Origin: Nitrosopumilaceae archaeon
GTDB taxonomy: Archaea > Thermoproteota > Nitrososphaeria > Nitrososphaerales > Nitrosopumilaceae
Assembly (NCBI GenBank): GCA_965214835.1
Contig: CBDCCK010000002.1
Location: 1,024,001 to 1,088,000, forward strand
Direction of reading: 5' to 3'
Length of the DNA: 64,000 nucleotides
Below the pieces are notes generated by a model. The model saw only the letters and a list, made by a program, of their open reading frames with translations. It had not been told where the DNA came from and searched no databases. A program made the translations under genes and the position numbers. Shown in pieces: positions 26,775-38,012 of this stretch; the stretch's first letter is position 1; every line of letters starts with the position of its first letter.

Positions 26775-27866
26775 TCATTTTGACCTGATGCCTTTGAGAA
26801 TGATGGCAAGCTTTTCTGCTGCCAGCCTGCTGTCCCAGTTCTCCTGTGTGAATCTTCTCCCATACCTGCCCATCCCATACGCCTTTTCTGGATTGTCTAT
26901 TAGCAGCGATATCTTTTGTATCCATTCTTTGTAATCTCCCTCCTTGACTAGGAATCCTGCCTTTTTATCCTTCATGGACTCGTGTACGCCGCCAACGTCG
27001 GTTGCAATTACGGGCTTCTCCATGGACATTGCGTGTTTTAGCGCATATGGTGACATCTCCTGACCGCTGGCAAGGCCGCATATCTCAATCGAGGACAGGA
27101 ACGCCTTGACCTCGCCAGGGTATTCCAATGATCCGAGCCATTCAAAATTATCAAACTTGGACAATGCCGAAAGCACGTCATTGCGGTACGGGCCGTCTCC
27201 GGCCCAATAGAACGTGACGTCTGGGAGCGCGCTCATCACCCTTGATAAAACAAGCATTTCTTTGGCTTTGTATCTGAATTTGGCATGTTGTACAAAGCCT
27301 ACACATGGGCGCCTTAATTCCATTGCATTCTCCTCTCCATCCCTCTTCCAATAATCTGTATCTATGCCAGAATACGGAAATGTGATGACTCTTTTTTTTG
27401 GATAATGTTTTTTTATGCTGTTGGATATGGAGTCGGTCTCAGACAATATGATGGTGGATTTTTTCAGACATTGACGTACTATGTGGTTTCTTGTCATCAG
27501 GAACATCCTGAAATGAATTGGGTTGCTGAACTCTTTTATTGTGTATGGAAATGCCCAGTCGTCCCAAAAATATGTCAGTAGCGGAATTTTCTTCTTGGCT
27601 ACGCTTGCGCCTAGCTCAGTTGGACTGTCAAATAGGACAAGATCTGGCTTGAACTCGTCTAACAGCCTCTCAAATTTTTTCGTTTTTGTTCTGTTTAGTA
27701 TGGGCAGTCTTCTGATGCCCTTTTCAATAAACTGATTCAGGCCGACGATCTTCCACACTGTCGAGTATTTTCCTAGGTTTTGGATGATCTCCTGTTCCTG
27801 AAGTAGTTTTGATTCCATGAAGACGCACAATAGCCTCAATGTGACATTTTGGTGGCTATCACACAT
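26775..27866 (-). CDS. Glycosyltransferase family 4
   Basis: AGDGP, E.SPYALKHAMSMEKPVIATDVGG; start uncertain (27866 ATG or 27839 TTG). Confidence 0.85.
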   Translation of the reverse strand: MCDSHQNVTLRLLCVFMESKLLQEQEIIQNLGKYSTVWKIVGLNQFIEKGIRRLPILNRTKTKKFERLLDEFKPDLVLFDSPTELGASVAKKKIPLLTYFWDDWAFPYTIKEFSNPIHFRMFLMTRNHIVRQCLKKSTIILSETDSISNSIKKHYPKKRVITFPYSGIDTDYWKRDGEENAMELRRPCVGFVQHAKFRYKAKEMLVLSRVMSALPDVTFYWAGDGPYRNDVLSALSKFDNFEWLGSLEYPGEVKAFLSSIEICGLASGQEMSPYALKHAMSMEKPVIATDVGGVHESMKDKKAGFLVKEGDYKEWIQKISLLIDNPEKAYGMGRYGRRFTQENWDSRLAAEKLAIILKGIRSK

Positions 27867-28384
27867 AAAAAACGTATGCGAGTTATTGACCGCATGTGAA
27901 GATATCCAGAGCAGGGCGATCAGACGGTACAGAACGTGTGCGGCCAGAGGGGGAGAAGGCAGTTCTGAATGGATCATGCATGGGTGGCATGGCTGACTGG
28001 CTTTGGAGAACGAACGCCACTTCTGACGCGGGCTGTCTACACGTGCGACTTTTCAATCAATGTATTGGTATGTGGTCACCTACCCCTAGATTATTTTGGC
28101 CACCTCATCCATGATGGACTTGCCCTGCAGCTTCCATGTCGACACGCATGTATTGAGCCATCCATGCCTTTCCGTCCAGACCAGGCCTCCCTTGATCTGG
28201 CCGCTTATCTTGAATTGAAGTACGACGGGGCGCAGCGCCCGCTCTGCACCATTGTTGGTCGGCTCGACACCCTCGTATTCCAGAAACGCAAACATGCACG
28301 GCAGGGCCCTGTGCATCCTCTTGAGGAGGGGCTCTAGCGGGCCGCCCCATGCATCAACGTATCCGAACAGCATGTTCTGCATGT

Positions 28385-29800
28385 CAGTAGTTCCTCGATG
28401 TACTTTTGCAGGCACGATAATTACGCAATTTGCCGAGATTTTTTGACCATCATACTATAGATCAGGCGGTGTGCCAACCATCATCATGATACCAACACAA
28501 AACGACGTGTTTGCACACCAGTTTGACATAACATCGAGACAGTTTAAAACATTGCGACGGCGGTTTCCCAAGCTCGGGCTGGCCGTCTCAAAGAGTCGCA
28601 ACGCAGTGTATGACCACATCGACGCACTGCGCGTTCTATATTTCATGTCTGAGAGGAGGATGTTTGCAGAATCTGCCGTGACGCACCTTCGCAGGCGGGC
28701 CTCAAAATGCAGCAGGCAGCAGCATGACGACGGGGCTGCCTCCAAGGGCGGCGCGTATAGTTGCCGTACGCCTAGTCCGGACTGGATCCTAAAGGCGATC
28801 CGGGGCGTCAGCCTGGATGATGCGCAAAAGTGGTGCAGCTCCATGCTGCAGCATACGGTAAGGTGCGCCCGCAGGTCAGGCATGCTGCACAACACGGACG
28901 TCGTGGCAGTGGACGTTACCGACGTGGAATACTATGGCAAGGGCCTGGAGGATATCGCCAGAAAGTCAAAGCCCAAGAACGGCACGTCGACGTTTCTCTC
29001 GCACATTACCATGCACGGAATAGGATCAGATGACGGGTCTGACCTCGTGCTTTCCTCGCTGCAGCTTCCAAAAGAGGCAAAACTGGCCGATTTCGTGCCT
29101 AAAATGATCCGCAAGGCGTCCAGATCAGGGATGAGGATCAAGACGTTCCTGTATGACCGCGGGTTCTTTAACGTGGACTGCATGAGGGCTGCAGAAACAA
29201 GCACGGGCAGCTACATCATGCCTGCCGTCAAGAACAGGAGGATAGTGGCGGCAATAGAGGAGCATGACCGCGGAGAACGCGGTGCGGTATCAAAATATAC
29301 AATGACCAACAAGGACGGCAAGAGCGCCACATTCAGGCTAGTCATTGTGGAAAAGGACGAGGTAGAAAAGGACGGCACGGCAGCAGCAAAGAAGGACAAG
29401 GCAGAAGAGACCATAGCCGACAGGTATCTGGTCTTTGCCACCAACATGTCTGCTAAAAGTGCAGAGGCAGTCATTGAGCAGATACCGGAGGAGTACCGCA
29501 GTCGGTGGGGAATCGAGACCGGGTTCAGGGTGATCAAGGGGATAATGGGCAAGACGTGCAGCAATTCCCCGGTCGTCAGGCTGCTGCTGTTCTATATGTC
29601 TGTCATACTGTACAACCTGTGGAGGACTGCCGTGTTCATAGACGTGGAATCCAAGTGGGACGGATTTGCAGGAGGGAAGGGGTTTACCATGATGCTGTTT
29701 GTCGCGTGCATTGTCGATGCGGCCGACTCGTTTGTAAACGATCGCGGAAAGTAGCGGAGGTGCCGTGTCGGGTCTGCAAAAGTACATCTAGGAAGTACTG
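28385..29800 (+). mobile_element. ISH3-family IS (1416 bp), copy 1
   Basis: 27-bp TIR CAGTAsTTCCTmGATGTACTTTTGCAG; 4-bp TSD ATGT. Confidence 0.9.
28486..29754 (+). CDS. ISH3/IS4-like DDE transposase
   Basis: AVDVTD, YDRGF, Y..RWGIETGFR (YREK motif). Confidence 0.9.
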   Translation: MIPTQNDVFAHQFDITSRQFKTLRRRFPKLGLAVSKSRNAVYDHIDALRVLYFMSERRMFAESAVTHLRRRASKCSRQQHDDGAASKGGAYSCRTPSPDWILKAIRGVSLDDAQKWCSSMLQHTVRCARRSGMLHNTDVVAVDVTDVEYYGKGLEDIARKSKPKNGTSTFLSHITMHGIGSDDGSDLVLSSLQLPKEAKLADFVPKMIRKASRSGMRIKTFLYDRGFFNVDCMRAAETSTGSYIMPAVKNRRIVAAIEEHDRGERGAVSKYTMTNKDGKSATFRLVIVEKDEVEKDGTAAAKKDKAEETIADRYLVFATNMSAKSAEAVIEQIPEEYRSRWGIETGFRVIKGIMGKTCSNSPVVRLLLFYMSVILYNLWRTAVFIDVESKWDGFAGGKGFTMMLFVACIVDAADSFVNDRGK

Positions 29801-31130
29801 ATGTTGGTCTCAAACCGCCGGCGCAGCTCCGGCGAGTGCCGCCCCATCAGTCCGCCGGCACTGCTTATCCCCGTCCTCTCCTCGAGCTCCCGGAGATCCT
29901 CCCCGGACAGCTTGTCCCAGCCCTCAAGACACTCCCTGGCATCCTTGAACAGCTGCTGCATCTGCCGGTACAGGACTCCTGTAAACAGCAGGGCACCCTT
30001 TTTCTGCGAGCCATACAGGAGGAACCGCAGCTCGTGCGCCCAGCACCTCTGGTGCCTTCCACCCGGATCGAACCTCTTGTATGCGGGATATCCGTCCGAT
30101 GTGACGACGCCCCCGTACCCGCCCATGTACTGATCCAGGATCCGGGCGCTCCTGGTGTCTGCATATATCATGAACACGCCCACCGCCGATAGCATGGCCC
30201 ACGCCCATCCCAGCCTGCCTGCCAGGTTGATCCCCGTCTCGTCTATGCAGACCGTCTTTGAGCTTCTTACCTCCTCTGCGATGGCCTCGGCAGGCGCCTT
30301 TGCGGCGTCGCAGACGCGTCCTATGCTGTTGATTGCGGTTGATTTTGACATGTGCACGCCCAGGATATCTGACATCATACCCGGGATCCTGTTGTATGAG
30401 ACGCCCTCGCTGCGCAGCTTGGTGGCGGCTGTGACCACGCTCGTGTCATAGCTGCCGCATCTGGGCAGGTCGTTGGGGGCAGTATGGTACGTGCCGCATT
30501 TCGGGCATACTGCCCTCTGTATCTCGTGGCGCGTCTCAGTCGTCTTTATCTTGAATCCTATCATGTCGCGCACCTGCGGTCTTTTTGCGATCTCCGTGGT
30601 GGTGCCGCACTTGCACACTGGTGCCCGTCCACCCGGAAAGCAGTGTTTCTGTACCCTGGTGGGCCGGTGGATGTGTGATATGCCCTTGTGACCCTTTTGG
30701 CCGCCGGGCTCTTTCCTGTCCCCCTTGGCGCCGTCCTCCACGGCTGCAGCATCGGACTGGGCCCTTTCCTTTCTCCTCTGCGCCTTTTGCCTCTTCCACT
30801 CTAGCGAGTCTGCCGACGGGGGCGAGTTCTCGTTCTCGTAGTATCTGAGCCTGTTGCCCTGCTCCCTGATGGTCTTGTCGCGCTTTTCAATGGTCTTGTT
30901 TAGCTGTTTAATGGTCCTGCCCTGCTCTTCAATGATATTGTCACGCTCCTTGAGGTCCTTTTTTAGATTCCTTATCGTCTCCGTGGGCGATGCTGTAGAT
31001 GCCTCGATCTCGCAGTATATGGGGGGTTGACCTTTCATAATGCCTAGTCTACGCGATCATAGTATATGGATCGGTGTCGTCAGGAATAGTTAACATAATG
31101 TGGGGGGTAGGTGACCTCATACAATGTATT

Positions 31131-31439
31131 AAATATTGGTACGAGGTCACCTACCATCATCAGTTAGGCATGAATTAGCATGAATGATTGTGATCTTCGT
31201 GCCTAGCTAGCAAGGGGACGTGACCACATACAAATATTGGTACGAGGTCACCTACCCCTATCAATCAGGCATGAATTGGCAGGTACAATTATGATTTTCG
31301 TGCCTAGCTAGCAAGGGGACGTGACCACATACAAATATTGTACGAGGTCACCTACCCCTATCAATCAGGCATGAATTGGCAGGTACAATTATGATTTTCG
31401 TGCCTAGCTAGCAAGGGACGTGACCACATACAAATATTG
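31131..31439 (+). repeat. Tandem array of three family B MITEs separated by AAATATTG
   Basis: Units at 31139-31231, 31240-31332 and about 31341-31431; AAATATTG at 31131, 31232, 31333 and 31432. Confidence 0.92.
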
Positions 31440-32322
31440 ATAAAAATAACGATCCGACGATGCAGACCAGCAACAAGAATGGCAGGGTCTCCATAGTGAT
31501 CCCCGTGCATAACAGTGAAAAATATCTGACAGAGTGCATAGAGTCTGCATTGAGTCAGACGTATGAGAACACCGAGATCATAGCCGTAAATGACGGATCC
31601 ACGGATGGCTCATCTGAAATACTGAAGCAATACTCAGACAGGATCAAAATAATAGACACCAAGCATTGCAACATCGCGGCGGCCCGCAACAGGGGCATCG
31701 ATAACATGACAGGAGAGTGGCTTGTCATCTTGGACTCTGATGACATCATGTATCTGGACGCGATAGATCAGATGGTACGTGCAGGCCAAATGCTCAACTC
31801 CTCATCATCCACCAGGATAATACCGTTTTTTGACTTGCAGCTGCTAAACCATGACGGAAGGCCAACGGGCAGGACGCTTGCGTATGACATGGACAATTCC
31901 ATGAATGCGTTTGAGCAGGGAGTCTCTATTTTTTACGGGCTTTTCGGCCACGGTGGCGTGACCCTCATACACAGATCCATTCTTGAGGAGGCGGGCGGTT
32001 TTGACGAAAGACTTTGGCGATCCGAAGACACAGAGTTCAACATGAGGCTGATCATAGTGTACAAGTACAGGTTTCATCACATTCCAAAGATCATATACGG
32101 ATACAGGAGGCACGATGGGCAAGCAATGTTTGATGCAGAGAAGAGTAAGACGGACAGGGACAGGATCATCCTGTCGGTCGTGTCCAATCTTAGCGGCGAC
32201 GATCAGAGACGGTACTACGATACGTTGAAAAACAACACCCGGAGAAAGGCAGTATGGATCAGTGATCTGGACCCCGTATTTTCGAACCACTTTTTGGGCG
32301 TTTTTGCGTAGCTCTGGCATCA

Positions 32323-33159
32323 TCATTTGCCTGCCTCCCTTTGGTGCCGTACGACGAACTCCATCGGAGTGAGATATCCAAGTGAGGAGTGTATTCTGTC
32401 ATGGTTATAGTCCCTAAATGCCTCCCTTATGACGTCTGAGGCGTCCTGGAAGGAGTCAAATTCATGGGGCCACAGGTATTCCCTCTTGATGCTTCCGTGA
32501 AACGACTCTATGTGGCCGTTTTGTTCTGGCGTCCTGTATGCTATGAGCTCGTGTCTTATTCCCAGCTGTTTCAGGGACTCCCTGAACATGCGCGACGTAT
32601 ACTGAGAACCGTTGTCTGTCCGCAGGGTCAGCATGCTGCAGTCCGGATCTGCTGCCGATACCGCATCGAGTACGGCCTGAACCGCATTCTCCTTTTGCGC
32701 CGTGGTATCAAAGGAGTATGCAAGCCACCTGCGCGAAAAGGCATCAAGTACGTTGAAACAGTAGCACCAGCCGTCCCCGCCGCAGTCCACGTATGTGATG
32801 TCTGCCTGCCACAGCCGGTTGGGGGCATCTGGCCTTGTAAGCTTGCGCGAGGCCCGTATTATGTCGTTTTTGGTCTTTTTGGGCTCGATCCAGCCTATCT
32901 GGCGGTAGATTCGCTGTATCTTTTTGCGGTTTACGCGCACGCCAGTCTCGCGCAATATCTGGTTTGCCATCCTCCGGGTTCCGTACGTCGGCCTTTTCTT
33001 GCCTATGGTACGTATGATTGAGACCGTCCCGGGGTCGGCTTTTCTGGCTCGTCTGTCGGCGTCCTTCCTGGCGTAATACCAGGTGCCCTTTGAGACGCCG
33101 CAGTATTCCAGGGCTGTATTGAGGCTCATCTTCTGGTGGCAGATCTGTACGGCATTCAT
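32323..33159 (-). CDS. IS3 OrfB (rve integrase-type transposase)
   Basis: W.ADITY, TDNGSQY, P.QNG.IESF, YN..R.HSSLGY.TP. Confidence 0.92.
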   Translation of the reverse strand: MNAVQICHQKMSLNTALEYCGVSKGTWYYARKDADRRARKADPGTVSIIRTIGKKRPTYGTRRMANQILRETGVRVNRKKIQRIYRQIGWIEPKKTKNDIIRASRKLTRPDAPNRLWQADITYVDCGGDGWCYCFNVLDAFSRRWLAYSFDTTAQKENAVQAVLDAVSAADPDCSMLTLRTDNGSQYTSRMFRESLKQLGIRHELIAYRTPEQNGHIESFHGSIKREYLWPHEFDSFQDASDVIREAFRDYNHDRIHSSLGYLTPMEFVVRHQREAGK

Positions 33160-33443
33160 CCTTTGCTCAGCTCCATTGTTTTTTTTAAAGCGTCACAGGC
33201 CACTGCATACTCGCCTATGATGCGTTTGAGATTCTGGTTCTCCTTTTGCAGGGCAGCCGCTGCCTTGTCATTCCGGCCCAGGATGGATGCCTTGCCGCCC
33301 TCGACGAACCTGTCCATCCACCTGCCAAACGTGGTGGGCGCGATGTTGTGCTTGCGGCACAGCTCGGCAGTGCTGATGCTGGTCTTGATGGACTCCATCA
33401 CTATGTCTGTTTTTTCGGCCAATGTGAACTTTTGTTTTTTCAT
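33156..33443 (-). CDS. IS3 OrfA (HTH)
   Basis: HTH plus leucine zipper; A8 slippery run at 33179-33186; ATGA overlap with OrfB. Confidence 0.88.
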   Translation of the reverse strand: MKKQKFTLAEKTDIVMESIKTSISTAELCRKHNIAPTTFGRWMDRFVEGGKASILGRNDKAAAALQKENQNLKRIIGEYAVACDALKKTMELSKG

Positions 33444-33721
33444 GCCCCGTATGCCCTCCTGTCACATACAAATTCTACGCATTTGGGTGGTTCGAATTTT
33501 ATGGGGTCCTCACCATCAGAGTATACAGGCATATGTACCATGTCTTGTATTCATTTACACATGACACGCACAAAAACATACTGGCAAGGATCGCGGCAAA
33601 GACGCTTAGATCACTTTCAAGAAATTCGTTAGTGTCTGGCGCCACAAGGATGTTAGAGTATCGTATAAGAACCGTCAAAATCAAGCCTAGACTCAAATAA
33701 GGAACCTATCCCAAAACTCTC

Positions 33722-34876
33722 CAATACGTAGTATTCACGTCAGCCATTTGTTCATCTCTACCACCTTTATCTCGCCCCTGCGCAGCATGACACGCAAGGG
33801 TTTCTGCATCCCGCCGACGGTCTTGTAAAGGCAGCTTGCAGTCGACTTTTTCAGCCCGCGCCACTACCCCTCCGAATTATTCAGCTCCGGCGTGTACGGC
33901 GGCAGGTACCGTATCGCCACATTCCCGTTCCATCCGGCCATCTTTCTCTTGAGTTCTGTAGACTTGTGGTACGATGCATTGTCCACGAACAGCGGCACCT
34001 TGCCGTACTTGCGGCGCAGCACCTTGAGAAACTTGAAGAACGTGTCCGTGTTGGCCTTTTTCTAAAAGCGGCAGTCAAAGCCGTTCTTTGAGGAGCCCCT
34101 ATGGCATAGAACCTCTTGGTCGACAGGTTGGACGGCGCAAAGACCGGGCCTTCCCACGGGATACCAGCTGTTCTTGACGTTTCATCCCAAGATGAACGAG
34201 GCCTCGCCCCCTATCATTACCGTGTACCCCCTCTTTGAATGGTACCTTACGTACCACCTAGCTTTTTTTTTGAACTCCCCTTTCTCGGATTCTGAGGCTG
34301 ATTTTGGGTGTTTTGGGCGGGGGCCTCCTGCATGAAAAGCCCAGGCATGTGCAGTATCTTGTATACGCTGGAGACGGCATAATCTACCTTGTATTTCTTT
34401 TTGATGTGCACTGCAAGCAGCGGTGCGGCCCACACCTCCGACCCTAATCCACAGCTTCGCGGGCCCGCAATCAGGTCGGCGTGCACCTGCTTGAGCTGTC
34501 CTGCATCCAGCCACATCTTGGTGCCGGGCCTCTTGATGTCGTACCTGCCCTGTATGCCAAGCTGCATGGCCCGTATCAGCCAGTCGCGTATCGTAGAGTA
34601 CCCCCGGCCAAGCTGCCAGGCTATCTGGCGTATCGAGTCACCTTTTTTGTGCCGTATGTAGGCCATCAGCCTAGCTGCGGCCTTGGAGTCGGTCTCATTT
34701 TTGTACCTCTCAAGGAGGGACGGGGCCGAGACGTTGGGAAGAAACTTGCCCCTGATTGGAATCATTGAGTCGTCTGGTTTCATGCGTATTGTTTCACTGT
34801 GTCGCATCTAGATCCATTGGTGAAAATTTCTTGTCCTTTTTGTGATTGGTTACTACGCATAGTTACTACGTATTTA
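33722..34876 (-). mobile_element. IS630-family element, degenerate
   Basis: HTH ORF 34247-34807, A9G frameshift site at 34262-34271, DNASYH and YLPPYTPELN motifs with stops; AATACGTAGTA inverted near both ends; ends approximate. Confidence 0.8.
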
Positions 34877-35044
34877 AAGGGGGTACATTTCCGTCTACTA
34901 CCAGACCAGCTAAGTGAAAAGTACCCTGAAATCGAGCAAAAACAAAAACCTGGCAGGTACAACGCCTCAATAGCAAGGCAGAACAACAAATCTAATTTAC
35001 ATTTCACTTAGCTGCAGACGAGGAAAGGTTATTACATTTGCCCC

Positions 35045-36166
35045 TTGACTCAAACACTATTGAAGGCGTGCTTCTTTGGCTCCTATCTAAGATCCACCAA
35101 CGGCATTCCGTGCAACAACACCGGAGACCTGCTAAAGGCAATCTGCGAGTCGCAGGGCTTTGAAACCGTGGAATGCCACGAGGACTGCCATTCCTACGGC
35201 TCGGCAGTCGTGGCGTACGTCCGGCTGTTCCTGAGGCACAGGAGGATCAGCTACGACGTGATGGTAATCCCGTGGCGGGGAATAGTCACGCTCCCGCTTG
35301 CTAGGCTGATCTGCAAAAAGCCGATAGTGTACTTTCCCACGCTGCTGCTCCACTACACGCTGGTGGCCGTCCGCAGGACAGTACCCAGAAACTCGCTGAG
35401 GGCAAGGCTTGTCCGCCTTGCGGAAAAGACCGCCTGCAGGTGGGCGGATCTGGTTGTAACGGAGAGCACCCATCAGATCGACTATTTTGTCAGGGAGTAC
35501 GGCCTGCCGAGGGAAAAGTTCCGCCAGCTCTGGCCTGCCGCATACGAGCCGCTCTTCAGGCCCCTGCCGTTCAAGGAGAGGACCGGCCAGTTCGTCGTGC
35601 TGTACTTTGGAACCTTCATTCCCACGTCGGGCGTCAGAACCATAGTGAGGGCGGCAGGGCAGCTGTGCGGTGAAAAGGACATAACGTTTGTCTTTTGCGG
35701 CACCGGCCAGGACGAGCCGGAGATCAGGCGGTATGCGGAGAAAAACCGCTTGTCCAACGTCAGGTTCATGGGACTCTTAAAGTCATCACCGCTGCTAGAG
35801 TGCATACGGAACAGCGACGTGTGCCTCGGATTGTTCCAGTCAAACAGCAAGATGGAGGGATCCATGTCCAACAAGATCAACCAGGCCCTGTCGTCGGCCA
35901 AGCCCCTGATCACACTGAGCACGTCTGCGACGCGCGAGGCAGGTCTGGTCGACGGGGAGAACTGCATGCTGGTGCACTCTGACTCGCCCGAGGAGCTGGC
36001 CCGGTGCATACTGCGGCTGAGGGACGATGACGGCCTCCGCAGACGCGTGGCCATGCAGGGACGGCGGCACTATCTCGACAAACTGTCAATTGATCGGTCG
36101 GGCGGGCAGCTGGGTCTGTACATGAGCGGCATGTGCGGTACTGAGTTGGGGGGGGGGCAAGCCTGA
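35045..36166 (+). CDS. Glycosyltransferase family 4
   Basis: LYFGTFIP, SDVCLGLF, NKI.QAL..KPLIT. Confidence 0.85.
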   Translation: MTQTLLKACFFGSYLRSTNGIPCNNTGDLLKAICESQGFETVECHEDCHSYGSAVVAYVRLFLRHRRISYDVMVIPWRGIVTLPLARLICKKPIVYFPTLLLHYTLVAVRRTVPRNSLRARLVRLAEKTACRWADLVVTESTHQIDYFVREYGLPREKFRQLWPAAYEPLFRPLPFKERTGQFVVLYFGTFIPTSGVRTIVRAAGQLCGEKDITFVFCGTGQDEPEIRRYAEKNRLSNVRFMGLLKSSPLLECIRNSDVCLGLFQSNSKMEGSMSNKINQALSSAKPLITLSTSATREAGLVDGENCMLVHSDSPEELARCILRLRDDDGLRRRVAMQGRRHYLDKLSIDRSGGQLGLYMSGMCGTELGGGQA

Positions 36167-36347
36167 ACCCGGAATGCGGGGCTGGCCTGCACAAGTGACG
36201 CATGCAGGCAGCATCGGGGGCCCATCGGCGTTCCGGAATCCCAACTGCGTTCTTTCTGTTTACCTCAGGCTGATCCGCCGCCTTGGCTAGTGGGGCGTCT
36301 TTATCATCTGTTCGATCCCCCACGGCACCGGGCCGTGACGGGCAGGC

Positions 36348-37327
36348 TCAGCCCTCTCGCGGTCTGATCCTTGTGGTTCTCAGGCGATCCGTCAGTGAGC
36401 CCACCAGACGACACACGGGCCTGCTTTCAAGCAGGGCCCCGAGCATCCCGGCTGCAAGCCGCGCCGCCGTACCCTCGTGGGTGCCGTACACGAACGAACT
36501 CAGGACGTGATCTGCGCGACGGCACGCAGATATGACAACGAACCTGCGTCCGACCATCCTCCTGGCCTCGGCGTATCTCCTCCTGTCCGGCCCGCTCAGC
36601 CGGTCTACGGTCAGCTCCAGGACCCTGCGCCTCATGACGCTCCTCTCCCTCGGGCCCATCTTGCTCTGCCCGTTGTGCTACCGGTGCCCGTATATGATGA
36701 CCGGAACGTGGTGGAACCTGTACCCGTGGTTTACGGTCAGCCGCATGCCAAACTCGATGTCCTCGCCTCTGTCAAGGCCCTCGTCAAATCCCCCGACGTC
36801 CTCCAGAATCGATCTGTGAATGATGGAGATGCACACTTGTGCAAAGTACATGCTGAACATCAGGGCGCCCTGCTCCAGCGCGTCCATGGAGTTGTCCATA
36901 TAGTACGACTGCGTCCTGCCGTTTGGCCTCCCGTCGGATCCCAACAACTGCAGGTCAAAAAACGGTATTATCTTGGTAGTCGAGGAGGAGCCGAGCTCCT
37001 CGGCGGCCCCGACAAGCCTCTCTACGGCATCAGGATACATTATGTCGTCGGCGGCCACTTCTGCAAGCCACTCCCCGGTCATGTGGGAGATTCCCGCATT
37101 GTAGGCTGCCGCACGGCCCGCGTGCTTGATGTTGACTATTGTGATCCTGTCAGAGTACCGCTCCAGTATCTCGGCCGACCCGTCGGTGGAGCCGTCGTTT
37201 ACGGCTATGACCTCGGTGTTGCCGTACGTCTGTACCAGCGCCGACTCTATGGACTGCGCCAGGTACCTTTCCCCGTTGTACACCCTGATTAGCAGCGACA
37301 CCCTGCCGCTGTTGTATGTCCGAGCCG
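36348..37327 (-). pseudogene. Glycosyltransferase family 2, paralog of 31460
   Basis: NDGSTD, AADD, ED; in-frame TAG at 36678-36680; MITE inserted at the expected start. Confidence 0.82.
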
Positions 37328-37417
37328 GTAAGAGCTTACCCTGGGCGACATTGCTGGCCGTATCTTGATCACCATGCCCCCCACGCCGCATCTTTGGGGG
37401 GGGGGGTAAACTCTTAC
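37328..37417. mobile_element. 90-bp internal-deletion derivative of the IS66 at 10023
   Basis: Ends GTAAGAGCTTACCC / GGGGTAAACTCTTAC; interior aligns with 10023-10089. Confidence 0.82.
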
Positions 37418-37631
37418 CCTGAGCTGCACCACTGCCTTTTAACCCCTCCTCTGGTTCTGCGTTTGACAATGCTGTAACTCCGCCCCGCATGATAGATATC
37501 TGTTTCGTGGAGGGTTCGGGATGCCGCGGCGACCGTAATTTTGGCCCGACCTCCTTCCGGGCCCCAGCATCCTTGCCACCTTTTCAAAATATCCCCTGAT
37601 CTGCGCCTTGTAGTATGAACATAAAATAATC

Positions 37632-37690
37632 GATCATAATTTTGACACATCGTGCCTATTTTTACAAAGTGCTCGATTTTCAATTGTGCG
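37632..37690 (+). repeat. Dispersed ~60-bp repeat (copy 3 of 3)
   Basis: GATCATAATTTTGACACATCGTGCCTATTT...TTTTCAATTGTGCG. Confidence 0.7.
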
Positions 37691-37699
37691 TAGTATGAT

Positions 37700-38012
37700 C
37701 CCGTGTTGGAACGCCTGTATCGACACGACATAGTCAAGCTGGCTCTCCGGATAGCAAGTCTACACAGCATAGCCTCCCTGCTAGATCCGGCCTCCGCCCG
37801 GACAGCTGTCTTATCGCCATGGGTGACGAGTCGATCCCGAGAATCTCCAGTCGAGTCTGCAAGAGGGATGAAGTTCCTCCCACTGCCGCATCCGGCATGC
37901 AGTCCGTCCCCGCTAGCAGCATCGGCCGCACCGGCAAGCATGCCTCCTATTTTATCGGTAAAATCCACGCTCGGGGCGTCCGAGTATCTCCCGTTTGTGT
38001 GTTCGGCACGCC
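37700..38012 (-). pseudogene. Class I SAM methyltransferase remnant
   Basis: LHAGCGSGRN in one frame and ILGIDSSPMAI in another; boundaries approximate. Confidence 0.6.

Larger units (their letters stand above)
28086..31038 (-). pseudogene. IS66 transposase split by ISH3 (31038-29801 plus 28384-28086)
   Basis: CIDET, SDGY, QRCWAH in the 5' part; EPTNNGAERALRP in the 3' part; rejoins in frame. Confidence 0.9.
28068..31122 (-). mobile_element. IS66-family element interrupted by ISH3
   Basis: TIR GTATGTGGTCACCTACCCC / GGGGTAGGTGACCTCATAC; AATGTATT at 28059-28066 and 31123-31130. Confidence 0.9.
32263..33515 (-). mobile_element. IS3-family element (1253 bp)
   Basis: TG..CA ends with GGACCCC..TTCGAACCAC TIR; 4-bp TSD TCAG. 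Confidence 0.9.
31460..33700 (+). pseudogene. Glycosyltransferase family 2 interrupted by IS3
   Basis: IVIPVHN, NDGSTD, LDSDD, ED; C-terminus (RVYRHMYHVL...KPRLK) resumes after 33515 and aligns with the paralog at 36348. Confidence 0.88.

Noticed and set aside
31131-31439. Array as a true CRISPR locus
   Set aside because: The long units are homologous MITEs with TIRs and the short unit is an 8-bp TSD; there are no unique spacers and no cas genes.
11815-36680. In-frame TAG codons (11815, 36678) as recoding or pyrrolysine
   Set aside because: Both genes carry other lesions, TAG is used as a normal stop in many core genes here, and no pyl genes are visible.
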